Shown one piece after another: positions 1-12,951 of a stretch of DNA of 64,000 bases. The first letter of the stretch is position 1, and each line of letters begins with the position of its first letter. The position numbers and the translations under genes are program-made. Origin of the DNA: Octopus vulgaris. Its lineage: Eukaryota. The stretch spans positions 79,174,001 through 79,238,000 of the forward strand of contig OX597824.1 in assembly GCA_951406725.2 (NCBI GenBank), written 5' to 3'. Below the pieces are notes generated by a model. It was not told the DNA's origin. It did no database searches and saw only the letters and a list, made by a program, of their open reading frames with translations.

Positions 1-423
1 TAGGGTACCGGTCCGTTTATTTCTGTTGTCACATTATTTCGCACGTGTAGTTTTTCGTACATTTTTTGTTGTAGGTTTAATGTACGTACCGCTCGATTGT
101 TATTCTTGGGTTGAATAGTATCGGTGGCATTTAATTTCTTCGTAGTTCCTTTGTACATGGTGTTTGGGGTCGGAGATGATCGTGATGTTTCACGCATGTT
201 TACATGTGTTGCGTTAGAGGTGGAGATGATATCGAGTCAAAATACATCATTTCGTTTCGAAAATAGTAATAAATTTCAATTTGTATTACTTACTCGGATA
301 CAGTCCAATTCTTTGTTAGTAAAACTTTGGCTCCATAGGATGTCCTTGTTTTCGATGTTTGTGGATAGGTTTCGGAGCTCTGAATTTTCCTTCTTACATC
401 TTAAAAGTCCCCCGGTGTTCCTC

Positions 424-489
<66 letters not shown>

Positions 490-679
490 GTTTGACTTTT
501 GCTTTATGTCTGTACAAGTTGGCTCCAAGTCTCACCCAGAGACCTCAAGAGACAACAGGTTGGAAGTTCACGTTGTTGTTATGCCTAGTGTGCCATATAT
601 TTGGGGGGGTTTTTTGGTGTTGTACTAGTGAATGTCTAATACATAAATTTAAAAATAAAAAAAAAGTTTGTTTTAAACC

Positions 680-994
<315 letters not shown>

Positions 995-995
<1 letters not shown>

Positions 996-1175
996 CTTTG
1001 CATAGCTTCTAACGCTGGAGATGTACAACAGTGTCAGTTGTTCACTACCAGTGAACTAAGGTAACACCTCTTACTTTCCGAGCACCTTCCAGAGTTCCAA
1101 GCAATACTGTTTTCTGCAAGTGCTCCACCATTATTGCAGCCCCTATTTGTTCCACGTACTTCTCGAGATTTTTGA
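995..1175 (-). mobile_element. RLE-LINE 3' fragment running into an (AAC)/(AAT) tail
   Basis: KNLEKYVEQIGAAIMVEHLQKTVLLGT; microsatellite 680-995 immediately 3'. Confidence 0.6.
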
Positions 1176-1572
1176 CACACACTCTAGATACGCCACTGAA
1201 CTCTCAAATAAAAGTTAAATTCAATATTTTCATCAGTGATATCACAACATACTACCTGCAACAGGATATGAATATCAACATATATATACTGGAAAGCAGG
1301 CGTTTTTATCTGATCAACCAGATAATAATGAATCAATTCGACGAGTTGTATGGCAATGTTTTATTCTATTTACGAAAAGGGCTTCGAGCTTTTCGTACAA
1401 CTTCTCGTTCATTTAAATCATTTCTCTCCATGAAACATACAAGAACTTCGGCCTTTAAAGGCACCGAAACTGTGATCATAGTCTGGTCTCCATGACACAC
1501 AAATATCGCGTGTGTACCGTTGGCGATTTTTTCCCCTCCGTCATCTCTTCTCTGGATCTTTCCTTTTCCTAT

Positions 1573-1608
1573 GTTTCTGACGAAGAGCTCCCACTCGAAA
1601 CGTAAAAC
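1573..1608 (+). ncRNA. Minimal type-I hammerhead ribozyme motif
   Basis: GUUU-CUGACGA-AGAGCUCCCACUC-GAAA-CG-UA/AAAC: helix I GUUU/AAAC, helix II GAG/CUC, ACGU palindrome. Confidence 0.6.
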
Positions 1609-1707
1609 CCTCTTTCTTCCCTTCCTTCTTGAGCGTCCAATAATACAATATTTGTTCCACGTCCTCGCATTGTTGTGTTTTCTCTTTGTGTTTTCATGTT
1701 TGGATTA

Positions 1708-1752
<45 letters not shown>

Positions 1753-2218
1753 AATAATATCAAAGGATAATCAGAAATATTAGAAATTTCCATTACCAGT
1801 CAATAAACTATGTATTATTCACATAAATACAGTGTACATTTAAATACATAAGAGGCATCCATCATAGGACTCCTTGCACGCTAGAGAGAACAGTTAAATT
1901 CCAACTGGAATTATATATATATATATATATAAATACACTGTATTTTTATATATATACACGTAAAAAGCACCACCCGATCGTGGCCGTTTGCCAGCCTCGT
2001 CTGGCACCTGTGCCAGTGGCACGGAAAAAACACCCACTACACTCACGGAGTGGTTGGCGTTAGGAAGGGCATCCAGCCGTAGAAACATTGCCAGATCAGA
2101 CTGGGCCTAGTGCAGCCTTCTGGCTTCCCAGACCCCAGTTGAACCGTCCAACCCATGCTGGCATGGAAAGCGGACGCTAAACGATGATGATGATGATGAT
2201 GAGATATATATATATATA

Positions 2219-2383
2219 GGCGCAGGAGTGGCTGTGTGGTAAGTAGCTTGCTAACCAACCACATGGTTCCGGGTTCAGTCCCACTGCGTGGCATCTTGGG
2301 CAAGTGTCTTCTGCTATAGCCCCGGGCCGACCAATGCCTTGTGAGTGGATTTGGTAGACGGAAACTGAAAGAAGCCTGTCGTA

Positions 2384-2440
<57 letters not shown>

Positions 2441-2613
2441 CTGTGTTTGTCCCCCTAGCATTGCTTGACAACAGATGCTGATGTGTTTATGTATGTATGT
2501 ATGTATGTATGTATGTATGTATGTATGTATGTATGTAGTATATATGTATGTGTGCGTCACTTAGCGGTTCGGCAAAAGAGACCGATAGAATAAGTACTGA
2601 GCTTACATACAGA

Positions 2614-2644
<31 letters not shown>

Positions 2645-2795
2645 TGTATGTGTGCGTATATGTTTATGTGTCTGTAAGTCAGAATAAGTACTGAGCTTAC
2701 AAAGAATAAGTCCCGGGGTCGATTTGCTCGACTAAAAAAAGGCGGTGCTCCAGCATGGCCGCAGTCAAATGACTGAAACAAGTAAAACAGTAAAA
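2219..2795 (+). mobile_element. tRNA-derived SINE family A (representative copy)
   Basis: A-box TGGCTGTGTGG, B-box-like GGTTCAGTCCC, CTTGGGCAAGT core, central (TA)/(TG) tract; further copies at about 9775-10195(-), 12525-12940(-), 15245-15625, 17800-18190(-), 30363-30757, 34619-35705, 41280-41620(-), 46757-47155, 49170-49415(-), 53148-53475(-), 54670-55035, 59550-59870. Confidence 0.88.
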
Positions 2796-3699
2796 AGAGC
2801 ATATAAAACCCTTTTATCTAGGGCAGCATTTTTCTTTTCTTGTTAGATTTTTACCGTTTTTTTATTTTATTATTTCTGTTAAAGCTTTTTTTCCGAATAT
2901 CATTATTAATTTGCTGGTCCTTTTTGCCTTCCTTATTAAAGCTTTTCTCCGTTAATCCTTCTATTAACATTTCTCCCCTCGGTCAATCTTCTCTCTTCTT
3001 AATCCTTTTTTGTTTTTCTTTTTTCTTTTTTCTTTATTTTTTTATCTTAAATCTGGCTTTCTTCGTCGCTCTGCAGTCATCATTAACACAGAAATAAATC
3101 TCTTCTCAGCACACACACATATGCATACACATACACTTGTATAAATGCCCATACATGTATACATAAATACATACACACACACACACTTGCGCGTACATAT
3201 GTGTGTATGTGTGTATATGTGCTTGCATGCGAGTATACGTATACGTGTGTTTGTACAAGTGTACGTATGTGTGCGTACGTGCGTGAGTGTGTGTATGCGT
3301 ACGTGTGTGTATGTGTACATGTGTGTGTGCGTGCGTGCGTGTATGTGTGTGTTTCTGTGTGTGTGTGTGTATGTTTGTGTATGTGTGTGTATGCGTGCGT
3401 GTGTGTATGTGTACATGTGTGTGTGTGTGCGTGCGTGTATGTGTGTGTGTATGTTTGTATATGTGTGTGTATTCGCGCGTGCGAATACACACACATTGGA
3501 ATTTCAACATCAACAACAGCGTATTTTGTATATTTTTTTTTTATCTAGTTTCAGCTCACGAGCTGTGGCCATGCTGGGGCACCGCCATTATATGTATTGA
3601 TGGATGGATGGATGGATGGATGGATGGATGGATGGATGGATGATTGTATGTATGTATGTATATGTGCAGATTTGTATGTTTTATGTATGTATGTATTCT

Positions 3700-4240
3700 C
3701 ATGAATATAGTTACATATATAGACATGCTCTTATATATTTAAATGATAAACTTCTGAAAAGTTTTGCAGATTTTTACAGTTCCAGTGATGGATTGGATCT
3801 GTAGTCTTCGAATTAGCTGTCTCCTTTCTGGTTTTGAGAAGCCAAATTTCTCTAGATTGGTATTTCGGCAGTGTGTTATATATCCCAGTGCCCCAATAAT
3901 TACAGGTATAAACCTGAACTTGTAATCTGGATAGAGTAACTGCAGATTTCTTAATAGTTCAACACAGATTACAAGTTCAGGTTTATACCTGTAATTATTG
4001 GGGCACTGGGATATGTTATACACTGCCTAAATACCAATCTTGAGAAATTTGGCTTCTCAAAACCAGAAAGGAGACAGCTAATTCGAAGACTACAGATCCA
4101 ATCCATCACTGGAACTGTAAAAATCTGCAAAACTTTTCAGAAGTTTACCATTTAAATATATAAGAGCATGTCTATATATGCAACTATATTCATGTTCTTC
4201 TTTTTCACTGATCTTCAGCTTTATGTTAACATCCGCTGGT
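3700..4240. mobile_element. RLE-LINE 3' end arranged as an inverted duplication
   Basis: ELLRNLQLLYPDYKFRFIPVIIGALG...GTVKICKTFQKF on minus (3700-3964), inverted copy 3965-4194, upstream piece PADVNIKLKISEKE at 4195-4240. Confidence 0.85.
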
Positions 4241-5201
4241 GTTCTATACACAAGGTTTTTTTTAGGAATTGTATTAAGTACAACTGTATTCGATAGGATG
4301 GAAAGTAAAAAAAAAAAATTAAAAACCAACGAGAGCGAATCAGTTCGGATTCGAACCCAGCAGACACAATTCATGATATTTTATTGTGAGATTTCATCGA
4401 TTTTTAAATTTACCGTGGACACGATTTGGCGAACGGCCCTATGAAAGATAATGACAGAAATAGTTATAGACCCCGATATAGTGCGAATTATAGAGGTACT
4501 GTACAATACCCAGTGTGCCATGGTCAGGGTTGGTTACTATAGCATATGGCCATCTACATATCGTAGTTAATGTATACCCATCGTTGAAAGGCAATTTACT
4601 GCCCAGAGATGACATCCCTTATTTATGTACTGTATTTAAAATCATAATATATATTATAGGCGACACATCTCATCTATGTATCGGCGGCGGCAAGCTCCGT
4701 CTAAGCATGAGGGTGACTTTGCGTACATACCATTGACAAGACTCAACAAAAATGCACCTGATGCTTTGGCTAGTGCTTGCCGGGACAATTTTCCTTACCC
4801 TCCGAGATGTGTGTGTATGTGTATAAGCGCGTGTATACGTGCATGCGTGCGTGCGTTTGTGCGTGCTGCGTGCGTGCGTGTGTGTGTGTGTGGTTGTGTT
4901 TAAATACAGCATGTCCTTAAGCATGTCCGATATTTACCACAAAAAAATTTGCCCTTCGGTGATGTATTTACATTAAGTACGATTCGTAGACGGCTGATTT
5001 AATTTAATATTACTTCTGTTGACAATAACGAAGGTTGATCAGCTAACGCATTGGTTCAAAAGAGGCGTAGATTTAAGACAAGGCTGCATGCTATCCCCTA
5101 CCCTTTTCATCATCTTTCTGAAATATGTCATGAAAGAACTGTCGGACACACTAATACTAATATTGTCTGCATAAATATGTAGATTATGCAATCCAAATAT
5201 C

Positions 5202-5616
5202 TATTTCTTTACTACCCACAAGGGGCTAAACATAGGGGGGGGACAAACAAAGACAGACAAACGAATGAAGTCGATTACATCGACCCCCAGTGCGTAACTG
5301 GTACTTAATTTATCGACCCTGAAAGGATGAAAGGCAAAGTCGACCTCGGCGGAATTTGAACTCAGAACGTAACGACAGACGAAATACCTATTTCTTTATT
5401 ACCCACAAGGGGCTAAACACAGAGGGGACAAACAAGGACAGACATAGGTATTAAGTCGATTACATCGACCCCAGTGCGTAACTGGTACTTAATTTATTGA
5501 CCCCGAAAGGATGAAAGGCAAAGTCGACCTCGGCGGAATTTAAACTCAGAACGTAACGACAGACGAAATACCGCTACGCATTTCGCCCGGCGCGCTAACG
5601 TTTCTGCCAGCTCGCC
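5202..5616 (-). mobile_element. SINE family B dimer
   Basis: Perfect 16-bp TSD ATGCAATCCAAATATC at 5186-5201 and 5617-5632; internal junction 5388|5389. Confidence 0.88.
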
Positions 5617-7455
5617 ATGCAATCCAAATATCAACCATCTTTGACAACCAGAAATATTCATATGTTTCATCCTAATTGTTTTCAGTTAGAGGAGATGTGT
5701 AAAGCTAGAGGATGTCGAAGGACACCAAGTACAAGATTATGCTGCTTAGCATAGAAGTTATCACACTTGATTGTTCCAAAGTAGTCTACATTAAAGAACT
5801 TTGTGTTTCTCGATAACATAAGAAGATTTGAAAACACGTGTCTCTCTGCGGCTTTTACGGGGTTTCGAAGAATTGAAATGGTTCTACCGTTTAATAACAA
5901 GCTATCACATTGCCGTGTAATAATAAGTGGTAACCTGCTACGACATTCCAGACTCTAGACTAAGAGGTAGATTTCTCAGATCCATGAAGATGCAGAACTA
6001 CCGTTCGCAACTAAATAACAGAACATCCGAAAGGATGGCAGCGCGGACTTCCTAACAAAAGAGAACGAGGGTCTGAAGAGACCGGAAATACAATATCATC
6101 ATCATCATCATCATCATCATCCATTTCTTTATTGCCCACAAGGGGCTAAACACAGAAGGGACAAACAAGGACAGACAAACGGATTAAGTCGATTACATCG
6201 ACCCCAGTGCGTAACTGGTACTTTATTTAATGACCCCGAAAGGATGAAAGGCAAAGTCGACCTCGGCGGAATTTGAACTCAGAACGTAACGGCAGACGAA
6301 ATACGGCTACGCATTTCGCCCGGCGTGCTAACGATTCTGCCAGCTCGCCGCCTTCATCATCATCATCGTTTTAACGTCCACTTTTCCATTCTTGCATGGG
6401 TCAGACAGAATTTATTGGTTGCAGATTGTCTGCGGTCGGGTGCCTTTTTAAGAAGTATGTGTCAGACTGTAAAGTACCCTGCTGCAACACATCATACCAA
6501 CCGCTGGGAGTGACTAAACATACAGATGGTACATTCCGGTCCACCCCAGAGGAAACTTCTATCCAGAAACCATATGCCACAAACAGAATCATGAGGTATA
6601 ATTCTGAGCCATTTCAGTGGATTTTACCAGTCGGTTTCGTACACGAAAGTTGGAAGAATATTGTATATAACCCGTCAATCACCAGAAATACTGGTATGAA
6701 TGGTATGGCGATAACCCTCTGCTGCAGGAGGTACGAATATATGACATCGGAGTTGTGAGAAGGTCAGAGGAGAATTCATCTAGAGTTATATCTCTTGCAC
6801 AAGGGCTGCTGTATTATGGTGTAACGGATAACTACCTGCAAATTGGAGTTAGGGCATGGATATGAACAGCATGGGGGTTCATGTGTATATACACATTTAT
6901 GAATCCTCACATACATACATACATACATACATACATACATACATACATACATACATACATACACACATACATACATGCATGCATGCATACATACATACAT
7001 ACATACATACATACATACATACATACATACATACATACATACATACATACATAGAAATATTCAATAACACTATACTCATATTTTATGCATTTATTTATTA
7101 TATAGTTTTTTAAAGTTTATTTATGTTTGGAGTGGGGACGGTTATTGGAGGACTTTCTTTCACGTTAATCATTATAAAATATTATGCGAGGCGGGTAAAT
7201 ATTTTACATATATCTGGCCATTGTGCATACAATATGAATAAAGCTACATTTCACAGCTAATATTCCATGAAGTATTTTTCCGCCTAATTAATCTTTATAT
7301 ATACATTTTTTTAAAATCTTTTGACAGGACAGGTGTTGAATCAGAAATTGTGTTATATTTATCGTGTTGTAAGTCACGAAAAAAATATATGAAAATATTT
7401 GAAAAAAATAATTCCATTTATACAGACATGTATATGACGGTGTGTATATATATAT

Positions 7456-7803
7456 GGATCTTTTCACTTTGACCGGCAGATTTAAAAAATGATAACTGGT
7501 AGAATGTGTCACATAAAACATCTTTTTCTCTTGGCGTTCTGAGAAAATTCTGTAGTTTGCAAGCTATTTGTTGTTAAATTTCTCGTATTTCGGCAATTTC
7601 AACCAATCAATGACGTCTATTGAGGTGAATACAATTACAGCTGTTGTTTGTCAACAAGTTCAACGAGAACTTCCGGTGGTGTATATTTCGTTTAAGAAAC
7701 AGATTGAAATGCAATAAAATGGATCGATACTCGAGTTTTATAATTATAGGTGGACACTAAATGAAATTATTTTTTAAATCTGCCGGTCAAAGTGAAAAGA
7801 TCC
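7456..7803. mobile_element. MITE, GGATCTTTTC-terminus family
   Basis: ~35-bp TIR GGATCTTTTCACTTTGACCGGCAGATTTAAAAAAT and its reverse complement. Confidence 0.8.
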
Positions 7804-7869
7804 CACGTGTGTATAGTATACATAAATATATGTATCAATATATACATTGTCACGTGTTTGTGTGATGTG

Positions 7870-7943
<74 letters not shown>

Positions 7944-8055
7944 TTTTATTGACGGTGGGTGGCTTCGAAAAGCAAAACGGTAAAAGACATGAAAAACATG
8001 AAAAGACACGAGAGAGTAAATATAAATCGGTCGGAGTTATTCCCCCTTTTTTTTT

Positions 8056-8294
8056 TTACTGGAACGGTTTCTCAGAAATGTATGATTTTCGTTCCAGATT
8101 CTCCACATAGATGGCGTTGGAAAGCAACTGTCCACTGATTGGGCGCTCGACGCAGGTGGCTACCAGGAAGATGACGAATGAGACGAAAGAGCTCACACAG
8201 CTAAACACTGCTATAAAGTAACTCCATCCGAGAGAGTAGCCATCTTTGCTTGCTTTGATTCCGTAAATGACGACACTCAGGAAGGTACAGACGG
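8056..8294 (-). CDS. Claudin-like protein, coding exon 3 (TM3 end, ECL2, TM4, tail, stop)
   Basis: Acceptor ctctttttcag|; phase 1; AVCTFLSVVIYGIKASKDGYSLGWSYFIAVFSCVSSFVSFVIFLVATCVERPISGQLLSNAIYVENLERKSYISEKPFQ* with the 'GWSY' motif before TM4; total CDS 205+150+239=594 nt = 197 aa + stop. Confidence 0.88.
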
Positions 8295-8404
8295 CTGAAA
8301 AAGAGAAATGAGATATAGAGATCAGAACTTGGCTCTATTTGGAGCTGGGCTAATACGACTGGGTATACCTACATATATGCGTCCCCCCACTATGGACTTT
8401 GTTT

Positions 8405-8877
8405 CCTCATGCCCTTCCTGGGGCATGGACACATTGAAACTCCGACGTCTGGCAGCTGACTTGGCAGACACCCATAAAATTATTAACTATCTTACAAACA
8501 ATAACTCTGAGCACCTTTTCAAACTCCACCAGTCTAACACCCGTGGACGCGTTTACAAAGTCAGAAAACAGCACAGCTCCCATGACTTTCGGAAACATTT
8601 TTTCACGCTAAGAGTTGCTGAAGCATGGAACAGACTGCCGGCATCGGTTGTTAGTTGTCGGAGCACTGCATCCTTCAAAACTTCCATGCTTCCTGAGATT
8701 CGCCAACACTACACCTGATTTTCTCCCCTCAATACACACGCAAGCATGTATCTGACTCAATACACTGTTCGTTTTCCAGACATTTGTACATTACTGCATA
8801 TACTTAATATGCACTTTTGACAAGTTGTGGTGCACCTGAGCACTGTATACAATAATTTCATTATTATTATTATTATT
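8405..8877 (+). mobile_element. CR1/L2-group LINE 3' fragment
   Basis: LKLRRLAADL...TRG...FFTLRVAEAWNRLPASVV; (ATT)n tail. Confidence 0.8.
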
Positions 8878-9430
8878 GAGTGAGAGAGCAGTGCATGCCA
8901 TCAAAGTGACACTGGGGTAAAATATACGAAGCCCAATATACCCATCATGACTACCCGTCTCATAAAGGTACACCAGGCACATGCATCACAACCATATGTG
9001 CGCGACATGGTGATCTCATATCAAGATAAACAGCACATGACCTTGCAGGTGGGGCCCAGTTAGAATTTTCTTCAGGTTGAGTAGCCCATCCTGCTCAAAT
9101 GGTCCCTGAATAAGTGTTGCTTAAGGATGTTGAAAGAACCACCCATGTTTCCAGAGGTGAACTATTCAAACCCCAAAGAATCCCTCTCAACACATGGCTA
9201 TGATGCTCCCCCACTACTTCTGCTCGTGATCAGAGATGCATATATCGTCAGCCACTAAGGGACATGCTCAACTGGTTAAGGTCAAACAACTGACAAGCAA
9301 ATCTGTGGTATTGAGCAGAATATTTGCTATAGCCCATCTTTTATACCAGGACAAAACAATGTACATGATAACACTTCCAATCAGTTAAGATCAGAAGCCA
9401 TGAGAGCCACTGCCTGGTACTGCATCAGGG

Positions 9431-9432
<2 letters not shown>
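8878..9432 (+). repeat. ~555-bp non-coding interspersed element embedded in (ATT)n
   Basis: Reverse copy 24613-25097 also bounded by (AAT)n; partial copy ~57630-57800. Confidence 0.8.
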
Positions 9433-9497
<65 letters not shown>

Positions 9498-10667
9498 ATT
9501 ATTTTCAGAGAAATGGATATTTTTTTTAATGAAATATTCTTTAAAAAAAAAAAAAGTACATTACAGATAGTATAGATCAGTGCTCCGCTAGCTTTTTCAC
9601 TAGCGGTATACTTATATTCTTTTCAAAATTCGGCGGTACACCTCAACTAAAAGTATGGGGGGGGGAATTATATTCAGATTACACTGTGGCACACTTAGCA
9701 TCGATCCCGTGGCACACCAGCGTGCCGCGGCATACCGGTTGCGAGGCACTGGAGTAGACTATTATGATATACTCTTCTACTCTTTTACTTGTTTCAGTCA
9801 TTTGATAGCGGCCATGTTGGAGCACCGCCTTTTAGTCGAAGAAATCGACCCAAGAACTTATTCTATCGGTCTCTTTTGCCAAACCGCTAAGTTACGGGGA
9901 CGTAAACACACCAGCATTGGTTGCCAAGCGATGTTGGGGATCAAACACAGACACATAAACATATACGCACACATACATACATACATACATACATACATAC
10001 ATACATACATACATACATACATACATACATACATACGACGGTCTTCTTTCAGTTTCCGTCTACCAAATCCACTCACAAGGCTTTGGTCGGCCCGAGGCTA
10101 TAGTAAAAGACACTTGCCCAAGGTGCCACGCAGTGGGACTGAACCCGGAACCATGTGGTTGGTAAGCAAGCTACTTACCATACAGCCACTCCTGCTCATT
10201 TTTTCTGAAAGCTATGAAGAAACGAAGTCTGTGGGTACGTCTTGTGAATGTTATGTGAAGGCGAGCTGGCAGAATCGTTAGCACGCCGGGCGAAATGCGT
10301 AGCCGTATTTCGTCTGCCGTTACGTTCTGAGTTCAAATTCCGCCGAGGTCGACTTTGCATTTCATCCTCTCGGGGTCGATAAATAAAGTACCAGTTTCGC
10401 TTGGGTCGATGTAATCGACTTAATCCCTTTGTCTGCTCTTGTTTGTCCCCTCTATGTTTAGCCCCTTGAGGGCAGTAAAGAAATATATATAGTAAGTGCT
10501 CTATAGCGATGTAACTAGATGTGAGCTATAATGACTGGTGTTTGTCAAGGAGAGGATAGTATCTAGTATCAATTTAGACGGGCTTGTGTGTGAGAGACGG
10601 AGAGGTGGAAAACAGAAATAGACTGAGAGACAAACATGTAGCGAGAGAGATAGAAAGACAGTTAGAA

Positions 10668-11267
10668 GGCGGCGAGCTTGCAGAACCGTTAGCACGCCGG
10701 CCGAGGTGCTCAGCGGTATTTCGTCTGCCGCTACGTTCTGAGTTCAAATTCCGCCGAGGTCGACTTTGCCTTTCATCCTTTCGGGGTCGATTAAATAAGT
10801 ACCAGTTACGCACTGGGGTCGATTAATAGACTTAATCCGTTTGCCTGACCTTGTTTGTCCTGTCTGTGTGTAGCCCCTTGTGGGTAATAAAGAAATAGGT
10901 ATTTCGTCTACTGCTACGTTCTGAGTTCAAATTCCGCCGAGGTCGACTTTGCCTTTTATCCTTTCGGGGTCGATTAAATAAGTACCAGTTACGCGCTGGG
11001 GGTCGATATAATCGACTTAATCCGTTTGCCTGACCTTGTTTGTCCTCTCTGTGTTTGGCCCCTTGTGGGTAGTAAAGAAATAGGTATTTCGTCTGCCGCT
11101 ACGTTCTGAGTTCAAATTCCGCCGAGTTCGACTTTGCCTTTCATCCTTTCGGGGTCGATGAAATAAGTACCAGTTACGCGCTGGGGGTCGATATAGTCGG
11201 CTTAATCCGTTTGCCTGACCTTGTTTGTCCTCTCTGTGTGTAGCCCCCTGTGGGTAGTAAAGAAATA
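10668..11267 (+). mobile_element. SINE family B (Meta-domain-like), one head plus three tandem bodies
   Basis: GCCTTTCATCCTTTCGGGGTCGATTAAATAAGTACCAG central domain; 16-bp TSD AGAAAGACAG(T/C)TAGAA at 10652-10667 and 11268-11283; other copies 6123-6352(-), 10258-10485, 26428-26644, 27638-27867(-), 39697-40129, 47850-48237(-), 61847-62076(-), 63035-63514(-). Confidence 0.88.
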
Positions 11268-11429
11268 AGAAAGACAGCTAGAATGAGAGTGGTGTCGTTG
11301 TTGCTTAGCTCTGAGTCTACCTTGTTCAAGCAGACTTGAGATTCAAGATGATCCAGCTATAAGTCAAGCCGAACTTCTCTCAGGCGCTGTATATCTAGGA
11401 GTAGATTAGCTATTGTGACGAGGACGACT

Positions 11430-11494
11430 ACGGTGGTGGTGATGATGATGATGATGATGATGATGAGGATGATGATGAGGATGATGATGCCGAA

Positions 11495-11535
<41 letters not shown>

Positions 11536-11546
11536 GGATGATGATG

Positions 11547-11598
<52 letters not shown>

Positions 11599-11703
11599 CG
11601 ATGATGATGATGATGACGATGATGATGATGATGATGATGATGATGATAGTGATGATGATAATAAATGATGATGCTGAAGATGATGATGATGATGAGGAGG
11701 AGG

Positions 11704-11736
<33 letters not shown>

Positions 11737-11835
11737 GTGATGGTGGTAGTGATGACGATGATGAGGAGGAGAAGGATGAGGCTGGTGGTGATAATGATCA
11801 TGATCATGATCGTAACCATGATGACGACGACGATG
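11430..11835. repeat. (GAT)n/(GAG)n compound microsatellite
   Basis: Direct reading; lies in claudin-like intron 2. Confidence 0.95.
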
Positions 11836-11967
11836 GTAGCGCCGCCGCCGGCCGGCCGCAGCAGCGTCGGCGCCGAATGATGAAAAAAGGATGAGAATGA
11901 GGATGAGGATGAGGAAGAAAACATTACAAGACATTACTGACAGATGAAATGTATTAATGATCCTCAC

Positions 11968-12117
11968 CTGCAATTAAGCAGAAGATCGCTGACATAGCCA
12001 TGATACGGCGGTAGTAAATCATGCTGGAAACATAGAGGTAGATTGGTACCACAACCACCGGTATGGGCAGGAGCATAATGGCCAGACACATTAGACCACG
12101 GACTGCATCGAGGTAGG
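11968..12117 (-). CDS. Claudin-like protein, coding exon 2 (TM2 and start of TM3)
   Basis: Acceptor ...ctattcgacag|, donor G|GTGAGG; 150 nt, phase 1/1; reads [50 protein letters not shown] with the conserved 'AVR' before TM2; not in the ORF track. Confidence 0.88.
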
Positions 12118-12222
12118 CTGTCGAATAGAAATGGTGAGGAAATGATTATTACAACAATGGTTCATGTATAAATACATACATATGCGTGTGTGCGTGTGTG
12201 TGTGTGTGTATGTATGTGTGTA

Positions 12223-12301
<79 letters not shown>

Positions 12302-12303
12302 TG

Positions 12304-12360
<57 letters not shown>

Positions 12361-12403
12361 TAGATATAGATATAGACATATATATGCATATATATATATA
12401 TAT

Positions 12404-12435
<32 letters not shown>

Positions 12436-12445
12436 GTATGTATAT

Positions 12446-12478
<33 letters not shown>

Positions 12479-12491
12479 TAAATAAATATAA

Positions 12492-12524
<33 letters not shown>

Positions 12525-12951
12525 CTCTTTTACTCTTTTACTCTTTTACTTGTTTCAGTCATTTGACTGCGGCCATGCTGGAGCACCGCCTTTAGTCGAG
12601 CAAATCGACCCCGGGACTTATTCCTTGTAAGCCCAGTACTTATTCTATCGGTCTCTTTTGCCGAACCGCTAGGTGACGGGGACATAAACACACCAGCATC
12701 GGTTGTCAAGCAATGCTAGGGGGACAAACACAGACACACAAACATATACACACACACTTATATATATATATATACATATATACGACAGGCTTCTTTCAGT
12801 TTCCGTCTACCAAATCCACTCACAAGGCATTGGTCGGCCCGGGGCTATAGCAGAAGACACTTGCCCAAGATGCCACGCAGTGGGACTGAACCCAGAACCA
12901 TGTGGTTGGTTAGCAAGCTACTTACCACACAGCCACTCCTATATACACATA

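Noticed and set aside
1-425. Complex sequence with a semi-open minus frame
   Set aside because: Two stops and no recognisable motif; probably TE debris but unassignable
1450-1490. GAAAC-TGTGATCATAG-TC, resembling a hammerhead 3' half
   Set aside because: No CUGANGA found upstream
4960-6760. Traces of RT-like peptides around the SINE insertions
   Set aside because: Too degenerate to delimit; likely old RTE-type debris, as at ~53500-53700 and 60050-60430
9655-10281. Recurring ORFs with SFSFRLPNPLTRLWSARG or LRSEFKFRRGRL motifs
   Set aside because: Translations of SINE families A and B, not a protein family
11406-11973. Poly-His/Met/Ser/Asp ORFs
   Set aside because: Pure (GAT)n microsatellite in an intron; open in several frames by composition
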